In this document: in pieces, positions 1 to 12,982 of the stretch | How positions within the stretch are numbered: position 1 is the stretch's first letter | How the letters are laid out: every line of letters begins with the position of its first letter | The notes under the pieces: model-generated | What the model saw: only the letters and a program-made list of their open reading frames with translations | What the model was told of the DNA's origin: nothing | Database searches by the model: none | Translations under genes and position numbers: made by a program | Assembly (NCBI GenBank): GCA_964016885.1 | Contig: OZ024753.1 | Span: forward strand, 16,368,001-16,432,000 | Source of the DNA: Eledone cirrhosa | Lineage: Eukaryota | Length of the DNA: 64,000 nt | Reading direction: 5' to 3'

Positions 1-129
1 GGAAGAAAAATCTTTAACAATGATAAATAATAAACTATATAAAAATAAAACAATTGAAATCCCCATTAAGGGAGGGGGGAGGGGGGCGTATCGTTACTGC
101 GGGGTTGTTATACACCCCATAGATAGAAC

Positions 130-430
130 AACCCTCAACACCAGGAACACGTTTTGTAGGTATTCCCGTCTTCCCACTGTGTCTTCCTGAACCTACAGGT
201 TTATATAGAGAGAAGGCCTATTCACCTGGGCCATTTTCGCCACATTCACCCACCTTTCAGCAAATTTACTGGGCTGTAGAACCTCTCTCTCCACTCTCAC
301 CTTCCTTCTGAAGTGGTACTTAAAGAAGGGGATAAGTTGTTGTCCGGAGAGAAAGGTGCTTGCCCTCAGTCCTTTTAACCTCGTCCACCATATTACCTCT
401 TTCGCCATAGCGACAGGGTCATCCTCACGA
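130..430 (-). mobile_element. L1/Tx1-type LINE ORF2 C-terminal fragment
   Basis: ORF 193-408 reads AKEVIWWTR...F..RW, the typical terminal segment of Tx1-like ORF2. No splice context. Confidence 0.55.
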
Positions 431-689
431 TGGACTCGGCTGACAACTGGATATGCCCTACATGTGACAGTAGCTGTTCAACATAATTCCACAGGTTGGT
501 CCCCCCTGGGCACTGAACAATTGCATGATAGATAGATAGATAGATAGATAAGTATGTAGATGTATAGATAGATACACCCTCTACACAGACACGGAGTTGA
601 ATTAGAAAGTGGGGGCAACCTCCATAAATGACTTATGTACTGCTTTTGATATGAAGTTTACTATCACTATGGTTCCATTTATTATTGAA

Positions 690-3120
690 ACATAACAACA
701 AAGATCCAAATAGTGGAGATGAGATGCTATAGAGGAATCCTGGGAATCTCCCACACAGGACACCTTAAGAATGAGAAGCTCTGCAAAATAATCACCCAGA
801 ATGTGAGTCACTCTGAAGATCTACTGACCATGGTGAAGAGGAGAAAGTTGAGGTGGTTTGGGGATATGACAAGATCGGACAAGCTCTCTTAGATGATTCT
901 CCAGAGAACAGTGAAGGGTTGCAGGGGAAGAGAGGGCAATTCTCCAGGGAACAGGAAAGGGTTGCAGGGGAAGAGAGGGCAATTCTCCAGGGAACAGGAA
1001 AGGGTTGCAGGGGAAGAGAGGGCAATTCTCCAGGTAACAGGAAAGGGTTTCAGTGGAAGAGAGGGCAATTCTCTAGGGAACAGGAAAGGGTTGCAGGGGA
1101 AGAGAGGGCAATTCTCCAGGGAACAGGAAAGGGTTGCAGGGGAAGAAAGGGCAATTCTCTAGGGAACAGGAAAGGGTTGCAGTGGAAGAGAGGGAAATTA
1201 TCTAGGGAACAGGAAAGGGTTGCAGTGGAAGAGAGGGCAATTCTCTAGGGAACAGGAAAGGGTTGCAGTGGAAGAGAGGGCAATTCTATAGGGAACAGGA
1301 AAGGGTTGCAGTGGAAGAGAGGGCAATTCTCTAGGGAACAGGAAAGGGTTGCAGGGGAAGAGAGGGCAATTCTCTAGGGAACAGTGAAGGGTTGCAGGGG
1401 AAGAGAGGGCAATTCTCTAGGGAACAGTGAAGGGTTGCAGGGGGAAGAGAGGGCAATTCTCTAGGGAACAGGAAAGGGTTGCAGGGGAAGAGAGGGCAAT
1501 TCTCTAGGGAACAGTGAAGGGTTGCAGGGGAAGAGAGGGCAATTCTCTAGGGAACAGGAAAGGGTTGCAGTGGAAGAGAGGGAAATTCTCTAGGGAACAG
1601 TGAAGGGTTGCAGGGGAAGAGAGGGCAATTCTCTAGGGAACAGTGAAGGGTTGCAGGGGAAGAGAGGGCAATTCTCTAAGGAACAGTGAAGGGTTGCAGG
1701 GGAAGAGAGGGCAATTCTCTAGGGAACAGGAAAGGGTTGCAGGGGAAGAGAGGGCAATTCTCTAGGGAACAGGAAAGGGTTGCAGTGGAAGAGAGGGAAA
1801 TTCTCTAGGGAACAGGAAAGGGTTGCAGTGGAAGAGAGGGAAATTCTCTAGGGAACAGGAAAGGGTTGCAGTGGAAGAGAGGGCAATTCTCTAGGGAACA
1901 GGAAAGGGTTGCAGTGGAAGAGAGGGCAATTCTCTAGGGAACAGGAAAGGGTTGCAGTGGAAGAGAGGGCAATTCTCCAAGGAACAGTAAAGGGTTGCAG
2001 GGGAAGAGAGGGCAATTCTCTAGGGAACAGTGAAGGGTTGCAGGGGAAGAGAGGGCAATTCTCTAGGGAACAGGAAAGGGTTGCAGTGGAAGAGAGGGCA
2101 ATTCTCTAGGGAACAGGAAAGGGTTGCAGTGGAAGAGAGGGCAATTCTCTAGGGAACAGGAAAGGGTTGCAGTGGAAGAGAGGGCAATTCTCTAGGGAAC
2201 AGGAAAGGGTTGCAGTGGAAGAGAGGGCAATTCTCTAGGGAACAGGAAAGGGTTGCAGTGGAAGAGAGGGCAATTCTCTAGGGAACAGGAAAGGGTTGCA
2301 GTGGAAGAGAGGGAAATTCTCTAGGGAACAGGAAAGGGTTGCAGTGGAAGAGAGGGCAATTCTCTAGGGAACAGGAAAAGGTTGCAGTGGAAGAGAGGGA
2401 AATTCTCTAGGGAACAGGAAAGGGTTGCAGTGGAAGAGAGGGAAATTCTCTAGGGAACAGGAAAGGGTTGCAGTGGAAGAGAGGGCAATTCTCCAGGGAA
2501 CAGTGAAGGGTTGCAGTGGAAGAGAGGGCAATTCTCTAGGGAACAGGAAAGGGTTGCAGTGGAAGAGAGGGCAATTCTCTAGGGAACAGGAAAGGGTTGC
2601 AGTGGAAGAGAGGGCAATTCTCTAGGGAACAGGAAAGGGTTGCAGTGCAAGAGAGGGAAATTCTCCAAGGAACAGTAAAGGGTTGCAGGGGAAGAGAGGG
2701 CAATTCTCTAGGGAACAGTGAAGGGTTGCAGGGGAAGAGAGGGCAATTCTCTAGGGAACAGGAAAGGGTTGCAGGGGAAGAGAGGGCAATTCTCTAGGGA
2801 ACAGGAAAGGGTTGCAGGGGAAAAGAGGGCAATTCTCTAGGAAACAGGAAAGGGTTGCAGGGGAAAAGAGGGCAATTCTCTAGGAAACAGTGAAGGGTTG
2901 CATTGGAAGAGAGGGCAATTCTCTAAGGAATAGGAAAGGGTTGCAGCAGAAGAGATGATGGGACAGAGGGAGGAACGAGTCGATAACATAACTGAGTGGT
3001 GGACGGGGAAAAACTTTTCTACACCCCCAAGCACTCGCCCATGACCAACAGAGATGGAGGCAATTGGTACAGCGATTCGTACTGCAGTGACCCAACGACC
3101 CTGAAATGAGTTCGGGGACC
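690..3120 (+). mobile_element. Degenerate RTE(BovB)-type LINE 3' ORF fragment interrupted by a 43-bp minisatellite
   Basis: Left flank reads LLTMVKRRKLRWFG..MILQRTVKG and right flank reads DNITEW..ALAHDQQRWRQLV. Both are RTE ORF C-terminal motifs, with frameshifts. Confidence 0.65.
908..2945. repeat. 43-bp minisatellite (~47 copies)
   Basis: Unit gggttgca(g/t)ggaagagagggcaattctctagggaacaggaaa. Confidence 0.97.
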
Positions 3121-3660
3121 AGCAACCTCTTGACTCGGCGATGGGAGACACTTAATTGACATAATAGGGTCCTTCTGGGTGAAACATGCGATGAATCCTT
3201 TTAGGGCACACCGGAGGACATGAGACAAAACAAACCCTCTCAGGCCACCCATAAAAACTAAGGCTGTTTAATGTGACCCAATGACCCTAAAAGGGGTTAG
3301 GGGACCATGATGATGATAACACAAAGTAAATTAGGGCCCTGAACGTATTTTTGGGTGTTGGCATGCGTTTATATTTGTGATGTTTAAAGGGAAATAACTC
3401 TTAACACACAAAAACCTAAAACAGTATAAGTTATAGAACTCTGATTGTTAAAATACTTTTTATACACAGTTATTTCCTTTATCGGCGGACGTCAGTCAGT
3501 GGACCACTGGTGATGCGCCAACAAATTTGGACATTATTTGCGATTTTTATCTTTTATTAATAATAAAACAAATAATATGTGGTTAAAATATATTTTATAA
3601 GACACTTAAAAAATGTTTCTTCAGTAAAGAACTAACATCCATGAAAGAATTTTACATTTA

Positions 3661-4957
3661 TATATCATCTATCGACAATATGTCACACATATGTATCATC
3701 TATCGACAATATGTCACACACATGTATCATCTATCGACAATATGTCACACGTATGTATCATCTATCGACAATATGTTACACGTATGTATCATCTATTGAC
3801 AATATGTCACACACATGTATCATCTATTGACATTATGTCACACACATGTATCATCTATCGACAATATGACACACATATATATCTATTGACAATATGTCAC
3901 ACACATGTATCATCTATCGACATTATGTCACACATGTATCATCTATTGACAATATGTCACACACATGTATCATCTATTGACAATATGTCACACACATGTA
4001 TCATCTATCGACAATATGTCACACATATGTATCATCTATCGACAATATGTCACATATGTATCATCTATTGACAATATGTCACACATATGTATCATCTATT
4101 GACAATATGTCACATATGTATCATCTATCGACAATATGTCACACACATGTATCATCTATCGACAATATGTCACACACATGTATCATCTATCGACAACATG
4201 TCACACGTATGTATCATCTATCGACAATATGTCACACATATGTATCATCTATTGACAATATGTCACACACATGTATCATCTATCGACAACATGTCACACG
4301 TATGTATCATCTATCGACAATATGTCACACACATGTATCATCTATCGACAATATGTCACACACATGTATCATCTATCGACAATATGTCACACATATGTAT
4401 CATCTATTGACATTATGTCATACACATATATCATCTACCGACATTATGTCACACATATGTATCATCTATCGACAATATGTCACACGTATGTATCATCTAT
4501 TGACAATATGTCACACATATGTATCATCTATTGACATTATGTCACACATATGTATCATCTATTGACATTATGTCACACGTATGTATCATCTATCGACATT
4601 ATGTCACACACATGTATCATCTATCGACAATATGTTACACATATATATCATCTATCGACAATATGTCACACATATGTATTATCTATTGACATTATGTCAC
4701 ACACATGTATCATCTATTGACAATATGTCACACGTATGTATCATCTATTGACAATATGTCACACATATGTATCAGCTATCGACATTATGTCACACACATA
4801 TATATCATCTATTGACAATATGTCACACATATGTATCATCTATTGACATTATGTCACACATATATATCATCTATTGACAATATGTCACACGTATGTATCA
4901 TCTATTGACAATATGTCACAAATATGTATCATCTATTGACAATATGTCACACGTATG
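3661..4957. repeat. 31-bp minisatellite
   Basis: Unit tatcatctat(c/t)gacaatatgtcacacatatg, with 29-bp variants. Confidence 0.97.
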
Positions 4958-5289
4958 CTTCAGTATTGTTTCATATTTTATTAAACAATATTGAAATTTA
5001 CGTCTGTCGTATTGTCGATAGATGATACATATTTTACATGATGATCATTATTTTACAAATTTATTGGTGGATTGGCAGTATCGGTGGGGGTCGGACATGC
5101 TGTGCAGCATAGAGTTATGCCTCTTTACGGTAAAGTATAGAACCTTCTACATGGGTAATGTGAGGTGTAGAACCTACCTAGGTAAGGTAAGGTATATGGA
5201 ACACCCATATACATGTTTATTTCTCTCACTTAATATTTTTACTTTCAAACTTACATAAGATTTACATCTTCTGACGTGAACTGTATTGC

Positions 5290-5940
5290 TCTCTCCCTCT
5301 CACTCTCTCACTATTGCCCCACTCTCTCTCTCTCACACTCTATCTTCTATTACCCCACTCTCACTATTACCCCACTCTCTCCCTCTATCACCCTTCTCAC
5401 TATTACCCCACTCTCTCCCACTCACTCCATTCTCACTGTTACTCCGCTCTCTCACTTTCACACTCTCTCTTCTCACTATTACCCCGCTCTCTCTCACTCT
5501 CGCTTTTCACTATTACCCCACTCTCTCTCCCTTCTCACTATTACCGCTCTCTCTCTCCCTTCTCACTATTACCGGGCTCTCTCTCCCTTTATTACCCCGC
5601 TCTCACTCTCTCCTTCTCACTATTGTCTCTCTCTCTCCTTTCTCACCCTCTCTCCCTTCTCACTATTGTCCCTTTCTCTCTCCCTTTTGCCCTGTCTTTC
5701 ATTTCTCGCCCTTCCCTCTCCGTTCTTGCCCTCTCTCTTCCTTCTCCATCCTGCCGTCTCTCCCTCTCCCTTCATCTTGCCGTCTCTCTCCCTCTACTCC
5801 CCTTCTCCCACTTGCCGTCTCTCTCTCTCTCCCTCCTTCCTTTCTCATCCTGCCGTCTCTCTCTCTCTACTCCCCTTCTCCCCCCCCCCCTGCCCCCTTC
5901 TCTACTCCCCTTCTCCCGCCCCTGCCCCCCTCTCTACTCA
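5290..5940. repeat. CT-rich low-complexity / degenerate ctcactattacccc repeat
   Basis: Strong pyrimidine strand bias with short degenerate units. Confidence 0.85.
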
Positions 5941-6677
5941 ATCAACCCCTATACAATGTACCCATATTCTACCCCTTTCAAAATACTCCCAATCTCTCAG
6001 TAACCGGAAGTAAATAAAAATTCGAGAAACTTGTTGAAATCTTATAAAACGGGTGAAATGTTAAAACATGACGTAACAGAGTTGTGAAACAAAAACTATA
6101 TTTTAAACATTTGAAATATCTTTATCAAAATATTAAAACTTCATATATTTTATACCCATGAAAATTTCAAAACCCCGCCTTCCTAACAATGTCTTGATAA
6201 TATTAAAGGAAATAAACTTCGTTTAGGGGCACAACACTATGGTAAAGGACATGTGTCTACATGTGAGAACACAGATACCTAAATATGGAATGTTACAGGA
6301 TGGAGAAGGCGTTCCCTCGGGGGGACGGCAAGGGAGACGCGCTGGAAAAGCCACTCCAACTCGCGGGGTTAACACCTGCGGCTGACCAGCTCAGCGCCTA
6401 TGGTGGTGAATAGGGAGGTAGCCCTAGGGCCGAGGACACAAGAAGTCTCCACTGCTGGGGGTACAACCGCAAACCTGTCGGGAGCGACCGGTATTTGAGG
6501 AGCTTGGCTAAATATAAACAAGGTTTAAAAATAGGGTATCATCAGCCTCGCCATCACCCCCGAGTTAACGCAGTCAACGTGCCGGCCTCAAAAATTATTA
6601 GAGAGGTTTTCCCAGTGCTCTTCGCTATATTGTTATCTTTTACTCTGGCAACGGTTCGTTTGTCCACCCCTTCCGCC

Positions 6678-7068
6678 TGCCTTTTGTTGTATGTGATCCT
6701 AGATGTGTGTATTACCTGCTTATGTATTGTATGTGGTCCTAGATGTATGTATTACCTGCCTTTTGTTGTATGTGGTCCTAGATGTATGTATTACCTGCCT
6801 TTTGTTGTATGTGGTCCTAGATGTATGTATTACCTGCCTTTTGTTGTATGTGGTCCTGTATGTATTACCTGCCTTTTGTTGTATGTGGTCCTGGGTGTAT
6901 GTATTACCTGCCTTTTGTTGTATGTGGTCCTAGATGTATGTATTACCTGCCTTTTGTTGTATGTGGTCCTAGATGTATGTATTACCTGCCTTTTGTTGTA
7001 TGTGGTCCTAGATGTATGTATTAGCTGCCTTTTGTTGTATGTGGTCCTAGATGTGTATATTACCTGCT
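6678..7068. repeat. 39-bp minisatellite (~10 copies)
   Basis: Unit tgccttttgttgtatgtggtcctagatgtatgtattacc. Confidence 0.95.
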
Positions 7069-7150
7069 TGTGTAATTTTTCTTTCTCTTTTTTAATTATT
7101 TGTAATGTTATTTATACAACTCTTCAGTAAATAAAATAAGGGAACGACTT

Positions 7151-7350
7151 GGCAATCTTTCGTTTTAGGTACGTAAAATAAAACTTTGCGAACATGTTTA
7201 AATTTCACTAAGTTTTGGTTTAAATATCATGGGTTAGGGTTAGGATTATTATCCTTTGTGAGATATTCCTGTGAGATTTCGCTTCTTTTGAAATAATTTT
7301 TTGTTTTTCTGGATTTTTTTTTATTTATGTACCTAAAACGAAAGATTACC
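7151..7350. mobile_element. 200-bp MITE with 9-bp TSD (Merlin- or Mutator-like)
   Basis: TIRs ggcaatctttcgttttaggtac / gtacctaaaacgaaagattacc. Perfect flanking duplication gaacgactt at 7142-7150 and 7351-7359. Confidence 0.85.
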
Positions 7351-8708
7351 GAACGACTTATATCCCAGTGTAAATACATTTCGATGTTTTTGTTTTAACA
7401 AAAATATAGGACCTACCTTTCTTCCTATGAGCCACCCTTTAGGGTCTTGTGGTATGTTTGTCCTCATAGAAAATTATTTCGTTTTTAAATCCTTTCGATA
7501 CTTCTGTCATTTTATATGGAACGTAATGTTATTTCTCCAGCTAAGAATTGGTAATTATCATATAACATTTCTGTGTTTATCTTCTAATTCACTTCAACAA
7601 AAGATGAAGTTCCTGTGATTTCCTCTGCTGATAGATGGCTCAAACGATGTAAGCAAATACAAGATAACGTTAATAACTGTCAGAATATTTGTATGACACA
7701 CATTCCATTAGTTTGGGGATTGAAAGGACTTGAGTATATAAACTGTACATGTGTACGGCCCTTTCCATTCTGAGTTCAAATCCCGACGGGGTCGATAAAA
7801 TAAAGTACCAGTAATGTACTGGGTATTTGCTGGCCTTGTGCCAAAAGTAGAAACAATTATTAGCTCACACATTTTTATCACCAAGACGAGACTAAGAAAT
7901 AAATTGAAAACTCTGATCATACTAACATATTTAGAGTCAATAGAAAATCAGTGTAGTAAAAAGTAAAGCACAAGTATATTGAAACAAATTAAAGGAGGGG
8001 CTAAGGTCCCGCAGCACCTGCTGGCTTGTATGAATAGACTACACGAGGTTTTTCAGAAAGTTCTTCGTCGTATCTACTACAACTAGTCCTTATTTATGAC
8101 AGAGCAGGAATAAAATTTAAGAAAATTCAAGATAATTCTCGTGTAAGAGTGGAATACTATGGATTAATTATGTTGGCTTGTGTGTGTAGATAATTGCATT
8201 ATAAATATGGGATGACGTAATTTAGTCGTCTTACAGTTGACAATATAAACAGGTGATTGTTTTTTTATTCATGGGAGTCTATTGTTATCTCGTACATAAT
8301 ATTGTTTCCTTTGCTTCTGTGATGTTTGTGGTTCCATTGCTAAAGATACTTCTGGGTTTGACCTAGAAGGCTTTTTTGCCTTGGTGTATGTTACTGTTGT
8401 TGTTTTATAAGAAGACGAAAAAGAATAAAATGTAAGAAATTAAACAAGGAAAAGGTCGGAGAGAGCAACAGACTCCACACCTCTGTCTCAATGGTACTCC
8501 TACAGACAAAATGGCGAAGATATTGTCACGGAGAACGGCTAACGATACCAGCTGCAAAGACCGCTCCGACTCACAAGTGTCTTTCCTTAGGAGGACGTGC
8601 GAAGAAAATGGCAGTTGACGGACGTAGACCACCGTAAGTCTTGACGGGACCTAGCGTGAATGGTGTGTCTTTCAGATTTGAGTAAAGATAAATTTTCGAA
8701 AGCTGTTT

Positions 8709-9035
8709 AATGTTCAAACCGGCCAGAATTGTCTACCTCTTTCTGTTGAAACTGGCAGTTCACGGACGTAGACCACCGGAAGTCTCGACGGGACTTAGCG
8801 TAATGTTCAAACCGGCCAGAATGCTCTACCTCTTTCTGTTGAAACTGGCAGTTCACGGACGTAGACCACCGGAAGTCTCGACGGGACTTAGCGTAATGTT
8901 CAAACCGGCCAGAATGCTCTACCTCTTTCTGTTGAAACTGGCAGTTCACGGACGTAGACCACCGGAAGTCTCAACGGGACCTAGCGTAGTGTTCAAACCG
9001 GCCAGAATTTTCTACCTCTTTCTGTTGAAACTGGC
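8709..9035. repeat. 93-bp tandem repeat (~3.5 copies), partly derived from the piggyBac-like MITE
   Basis: Period 93 (8709, 8802, 8895). The half-unit gttcaaaccggccagaat..gaaactggc matches the MITE at 63711 and 53153, and the MITE sequence continues to about 9110. Confidence 0.85.
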
Positions 9036-9238
9036 TGTAACTGGTCACTCAACTGATGTTAATGTATTGTTTTCAAAATAAATACTTTCAAAATCTCATA
9101 GATTCGATAGCATTACGTAGCAACGAAGTTTCTAAAGAATATATACTTCACTAATTTTACAAGGTTGTTCTAGTTAAAGATCGAAGCTTTGTTATCATAT
9201 AACAATTATATAAGATTAAATAGAAGTACATACATATA

Positions 9239-9420
9239 TTGGCAGTATCAGTAGAGGGTTGGACATGCTTTGCAGCATAGAGTTATGGCCCTTTATGGTC
9301 TGAGTTCAAATCCCACCGAGGTTAACTTTGCCTTTCATTCTTACGGGGGTCGATAAAATAAAGTACCAGTAATACACTGGGATAATTGCTGGCCTTGTGC
9401 CAAATATAGAAACAATTATT
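9239..9420 (+). mobile_element. tRNA-derived SINE family 1
   Basis: A-box tggcagtatc..tag, B-box gagttcaaatcc, core ttgcctttcat(c/t)cttacggggtcgataaaataaagtaccag, tail gaaacaattatt. Partial copies at ~5066, 7757, 36865, 37328, 53598, 61056 and 38790(-). Confidence 0.85.
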
Positions 9421-9921
9421 ACTAGGAACCTTATCAATATCAGATATAAAAATGTATAATCAAAACGAGAGAAAACCCATCAATTCAACATTAAGTGCAT
9501 CAGTCAGTCACACACAACAGGGATCACTGGACATTTTTGAAACAAGTCAACATGTAGCATTACCGCAGGTGATGGCGAGGCTAAGACGCTGAAATAACCA
9601 AGCACCCTCTCTAGGAGCATCACCTGATACCATGGTAAGGTGAGCCACTAATGGTGACGAGGGGGACTGTCAAATGCTGCCAGGAACCATAATTCTCTAC
9701 TATTTTGGAGGGATGAAGTCTTAGTTTCTGAATCTGTAGATTATGTCAATATATGAACGATTATGATGCAGTCTATCATAGGATTGATATTTTATTGAAT
9801 TACTGTCTGTGTCATTGAATGATGACAGCAAAACAATTTGCAAATATTTCTAGAGTTTTAGGTTTCGATTGTAATTCTATTCTAATGCTACCAAAGAAAT
9901 ATTGGAAAAATATATCTTATA

Positions 9922-10544
9922 CTAGCAGTAGTACCCGGCGTTGCACGGGATAATGTATTTTAGAACGCGGGCCGCCAACAGACCTAATCGTGGAAAAACT
10001 GCATACCTGGACAATATGTAAAGAAAATAAACCGAATACTCTGATGGCTGGATAATCTTTAAGATTTTACTCGCTGAAGCAGGAAAAATGCAGGTTTTCA
10101 CCTAATGCCGGCCCAAGGGATCAAGAAAGTGAATTTTTTTTATGTGCATAACATGCCTTGAAATTTCGGGAAAATCAGTTAGACGTAACGCCTCAAAAAA
10201 CCCTAAAAGGCTGAAAAAATGAAGTTTATGGCCATAAAAAAGTTGGATTTTGTTTGCTCACGCTATGAACAAGAGACTGACTAATACATCGTTACAATTT
10301 CAAGGAAATCGGTCTGACATAACGCCTCAAAAAACACTTAAAAAGCTGAAAAAACGCAGTTTTTCACCTAATGCAGGACCTAGGGGATCAAAAAGTTAAT
10401 TTTTTTATGTGCATAACACTCCCTGAAACATAAGTAATACATATGTAAAGTTTGAAAAAAATCGATTGGGTATTTCTCGATTTTTAGGGATTCAAACTCA
10501 CAGACACACACACATACAGACATCCTCAGTTTTATATATATAGA
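9922..10544 (-). mobile_element. Non-autonomous Helitron
   Basis: Minus strand begins A|TCTATATATATAAAA and ends with a GC hairpin (cccg tgcaacgc cggg) followed by ...CTAG|T. AT target, no TSD. Confidence 0.8.
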
Positions 10545-10579
10545 TATTCTTCTTACATTTCCTTTTTTCTTTCTTTTTT

Positions 10580-11070
10580 GTTCTAACTCTGACTACTGTA
10601 CTTTCAGAACACCCCCTTCCACTGCTGATTTTGTCACCCAGTTAACGGAAGGTGTCTACTATTTCTATAGAACCATCTGGGCAGTAGAAGGTACTTACTG
10701 CACCTGAGCATTGGCCACATATAAAATCCACATTATTAGATATCTTGCCTGTGATCCCACTATATCTTTTATGTACCCATAATTTGCATTTGGGGCATAG
10801 AATGTCATTTCTACCTACTCCTTTCTTACACACTGAACATGGCCATTTCCCAGAGGGTACCTGTGCCCTATTTTCCTTTCTACATACTAGAACTTTAGTC
10901 TTAGACAAGTTAACTGTAAGGCCTTTTGATTCTAGGCCATGCGTCTATGTCTGGAATTTCTTCTCTAGTTCAACCATAGATTCAGATATGAGAGATCATC
11001 TGCATATGCTGAATTCACTGGCCACAATAGGAGTTTCTCCCCTTAGAATCTCACATGTGCTTTCATAACC
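10580..11070 (-). mobile_element. RTE LINE internal fragment
   Basis: SKTKVLVCRKENRAQVPSGKWPCSVCKKGVG..., same subfamily as 39880-41275. Confidence 0.85.
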
Positions 11071-11635
11071 TGCGAGATTCTGGCGCAAGAAGAACAAAAA
11101 CGTGTTGAGAAAGCGATGCCTTGTTAGATCATTATACCAAAAGCTTATTTTTTATAAGCAGACAGTATTATTGATTTAGGTGCTGCAGAAACCCAATTTC
11201 GGAGTATTCCATCTTCCCCGAGCGTCCGGGTAACTATTTCAATCATATCTCATTTTGTTTCACCCGTTTAGCTTGTTCGCTTTTTTGGCTATGGTGGTTA
11301 ATGGCTTCTTAACCATCGTCTCAGCGTGTATGACCATTTTAACTTATGTTTATAGTTCTTGTATCTTCTTCATATCCATGGAGCGCTTGTCTGCACAATA
11401 TGGAAGTTGCGTTTCGCTAATTTCTACCGGCCGAAATGCAATTCTCGCTAAATTTATATTTATATATATATATATATATACACACACACATACAAAATAC
11501 ATCAAAATAACAAATTTTAAATTAGCAAACGACACAGTGCTCCAGTATGTGCAGAAGTACAATGGTGTTAACAACCAAATCAATTAAATGACTTTATTGT
11601 ATTTCATAAAAAAATTATACATTAATATTATATAA

Positions 11636-11880
11636 ATATAACACCAATATTACACCAATATTACATCAGTATTACACCAATATTACACCAATATTCCAAT
11701 GATACAACATCATTACACCAATATAACACCAATATTACATCAGTATTACACCAATATAACACCAATATTACATCAGTATTACACCAATATAACACCAATA
11801 TTACATCAGTATTACACCAATATAACACCAATATAACACCAATATAACACCAATATTCCAACAATATAACATCGTTACAC
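11636..11880. repeat. 11/33-bp degenerate tandem repeat
   Basis: acaccaatat(t/a) / acatcagtatt units. Confidence 0.85.
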
Positions 11881-11992
11881 CATCACCATACAAGTATTGT
11901 ATTGATGTAACATCATTTTATTATCAATATTTTATAAATATTACATCAACATTATATCAATATTGTATATATGTTGTATCAGAATGGAGTCC

Positions 11993-12220
11993 CATCATAT
12001 GCTGAAGTTGTTTGATGTTATCAGTGAAGTTGTTTGATGTTATCATATGCTGAAGTTGTTTGATGTTATCAGTGAAGTTGTTTGATGTTATCATATGCTG
12101 AAGTTGTTTGATGTTATCAGTGAAGTTGTTTGATGTTATCATATGCTGAAGTTGTTTGATGTTATCAGTGAAGTTGTTTGATGTTATCATATGCTGAAGT
12201 TGTTTGATGTTATCAGTGAA
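11993..12220. repeat. 48-bp tandem repeat in putative LRRC23 3' UTR
   Basis: Unit catatgctgaagttgtttgatgttatcagtgaagttgtttgatgttat, itself a dimer of about 24 bp. Confidence 0.9.
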
Positions 12221-12251
12221 AGCAAGGTTTGGTGTCACCTGGACAGGTAAG

Positions 12252-12281
12252 TTATGTAGAGCTCTCCTCAACCTGTGCATT
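12252..12281 (-). CDS. LRRC23: Putative terminal coding exon of LRRC23-like gene
   Basis: Strong acceptor ttctgttttctttattcag|AAT. Phase 0 gives NAQVEESST*. Minus-strand AATAAA candidates at 11917-11922 and 11593-11598. Confidence 0.65.
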   Translation of the reverse strand, partial: NAQVEESST

Positions 12282-12332
12282 CTGAATAAAGAAAACAGAA
12301 ACTTCATTAGTATTGTTATTGTTATTATTAGG

Positions 12333-12552
12333 GTGGTGGACGGCAGGGGATTGGCAGTGTCGGTAGAGCATCAGACAACATACATTGCAGTAGAGTTGCA
12401 GCCCTTTATATTCTGAGTTCAAATCGCACCGAGGCTAGCTTTGCCTTTCATTGTTACGGGGTCACTAAAATAAAGTACCAGTAATGCACTGGGGGTCAAT
12501 TTAACTGACTTGCCCCTCCTCCCAAAAATATTGTTGGCCTTAAGCCGAAATC
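12333..12552 (+). mobile_element. tRNA-derived SINE family 1
   Basis: Same head and core as the 9239 copy. Confidence 0.8.
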
Positions 12553-12982
12553 AGAAACCTTTATGAGAGTCATGGATGAGGGGAATTCTTAGAGTATCAG
12601 GCAAATGCTTTGTTTTTCCCCGGCAAAATCCCTTCAACCAACAGGAGAGCCAGGGGTTGACCCTGAGCAAGATCGTTGGATAATATCCATGAGCTTGGCA
12701 GGTCACGCTTGGAGATCCAGCTGGATTAGTTGGGGACAGATGCTTCTGAGAGGACCCACTGGAAGGGGTTGTTTGAGGACTCTGCCCTCCCCCCACGACT
12801 CTCTCAGGAATTAGTGGGCAGGAAGAAGAACAACAAAACAGCACCTTTTCTCAAGGCAACCCTTAATCACAACACAATCGCCAAAACCACACCAGACACA
12901 GAAGAATCTGCAACAACACCTTCACCACCACCACTACTCATAACAACAGAGACTTATCACAGGACCCGCTGTAAGGAGCGTT

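Noticed and set aside
853-7130. Many ORFs in the 43-, 31-, 39-bp and CT-rich repeats
   Set aside because: They are translations of tandem or low-complexity DNA and are open in several frames at once.
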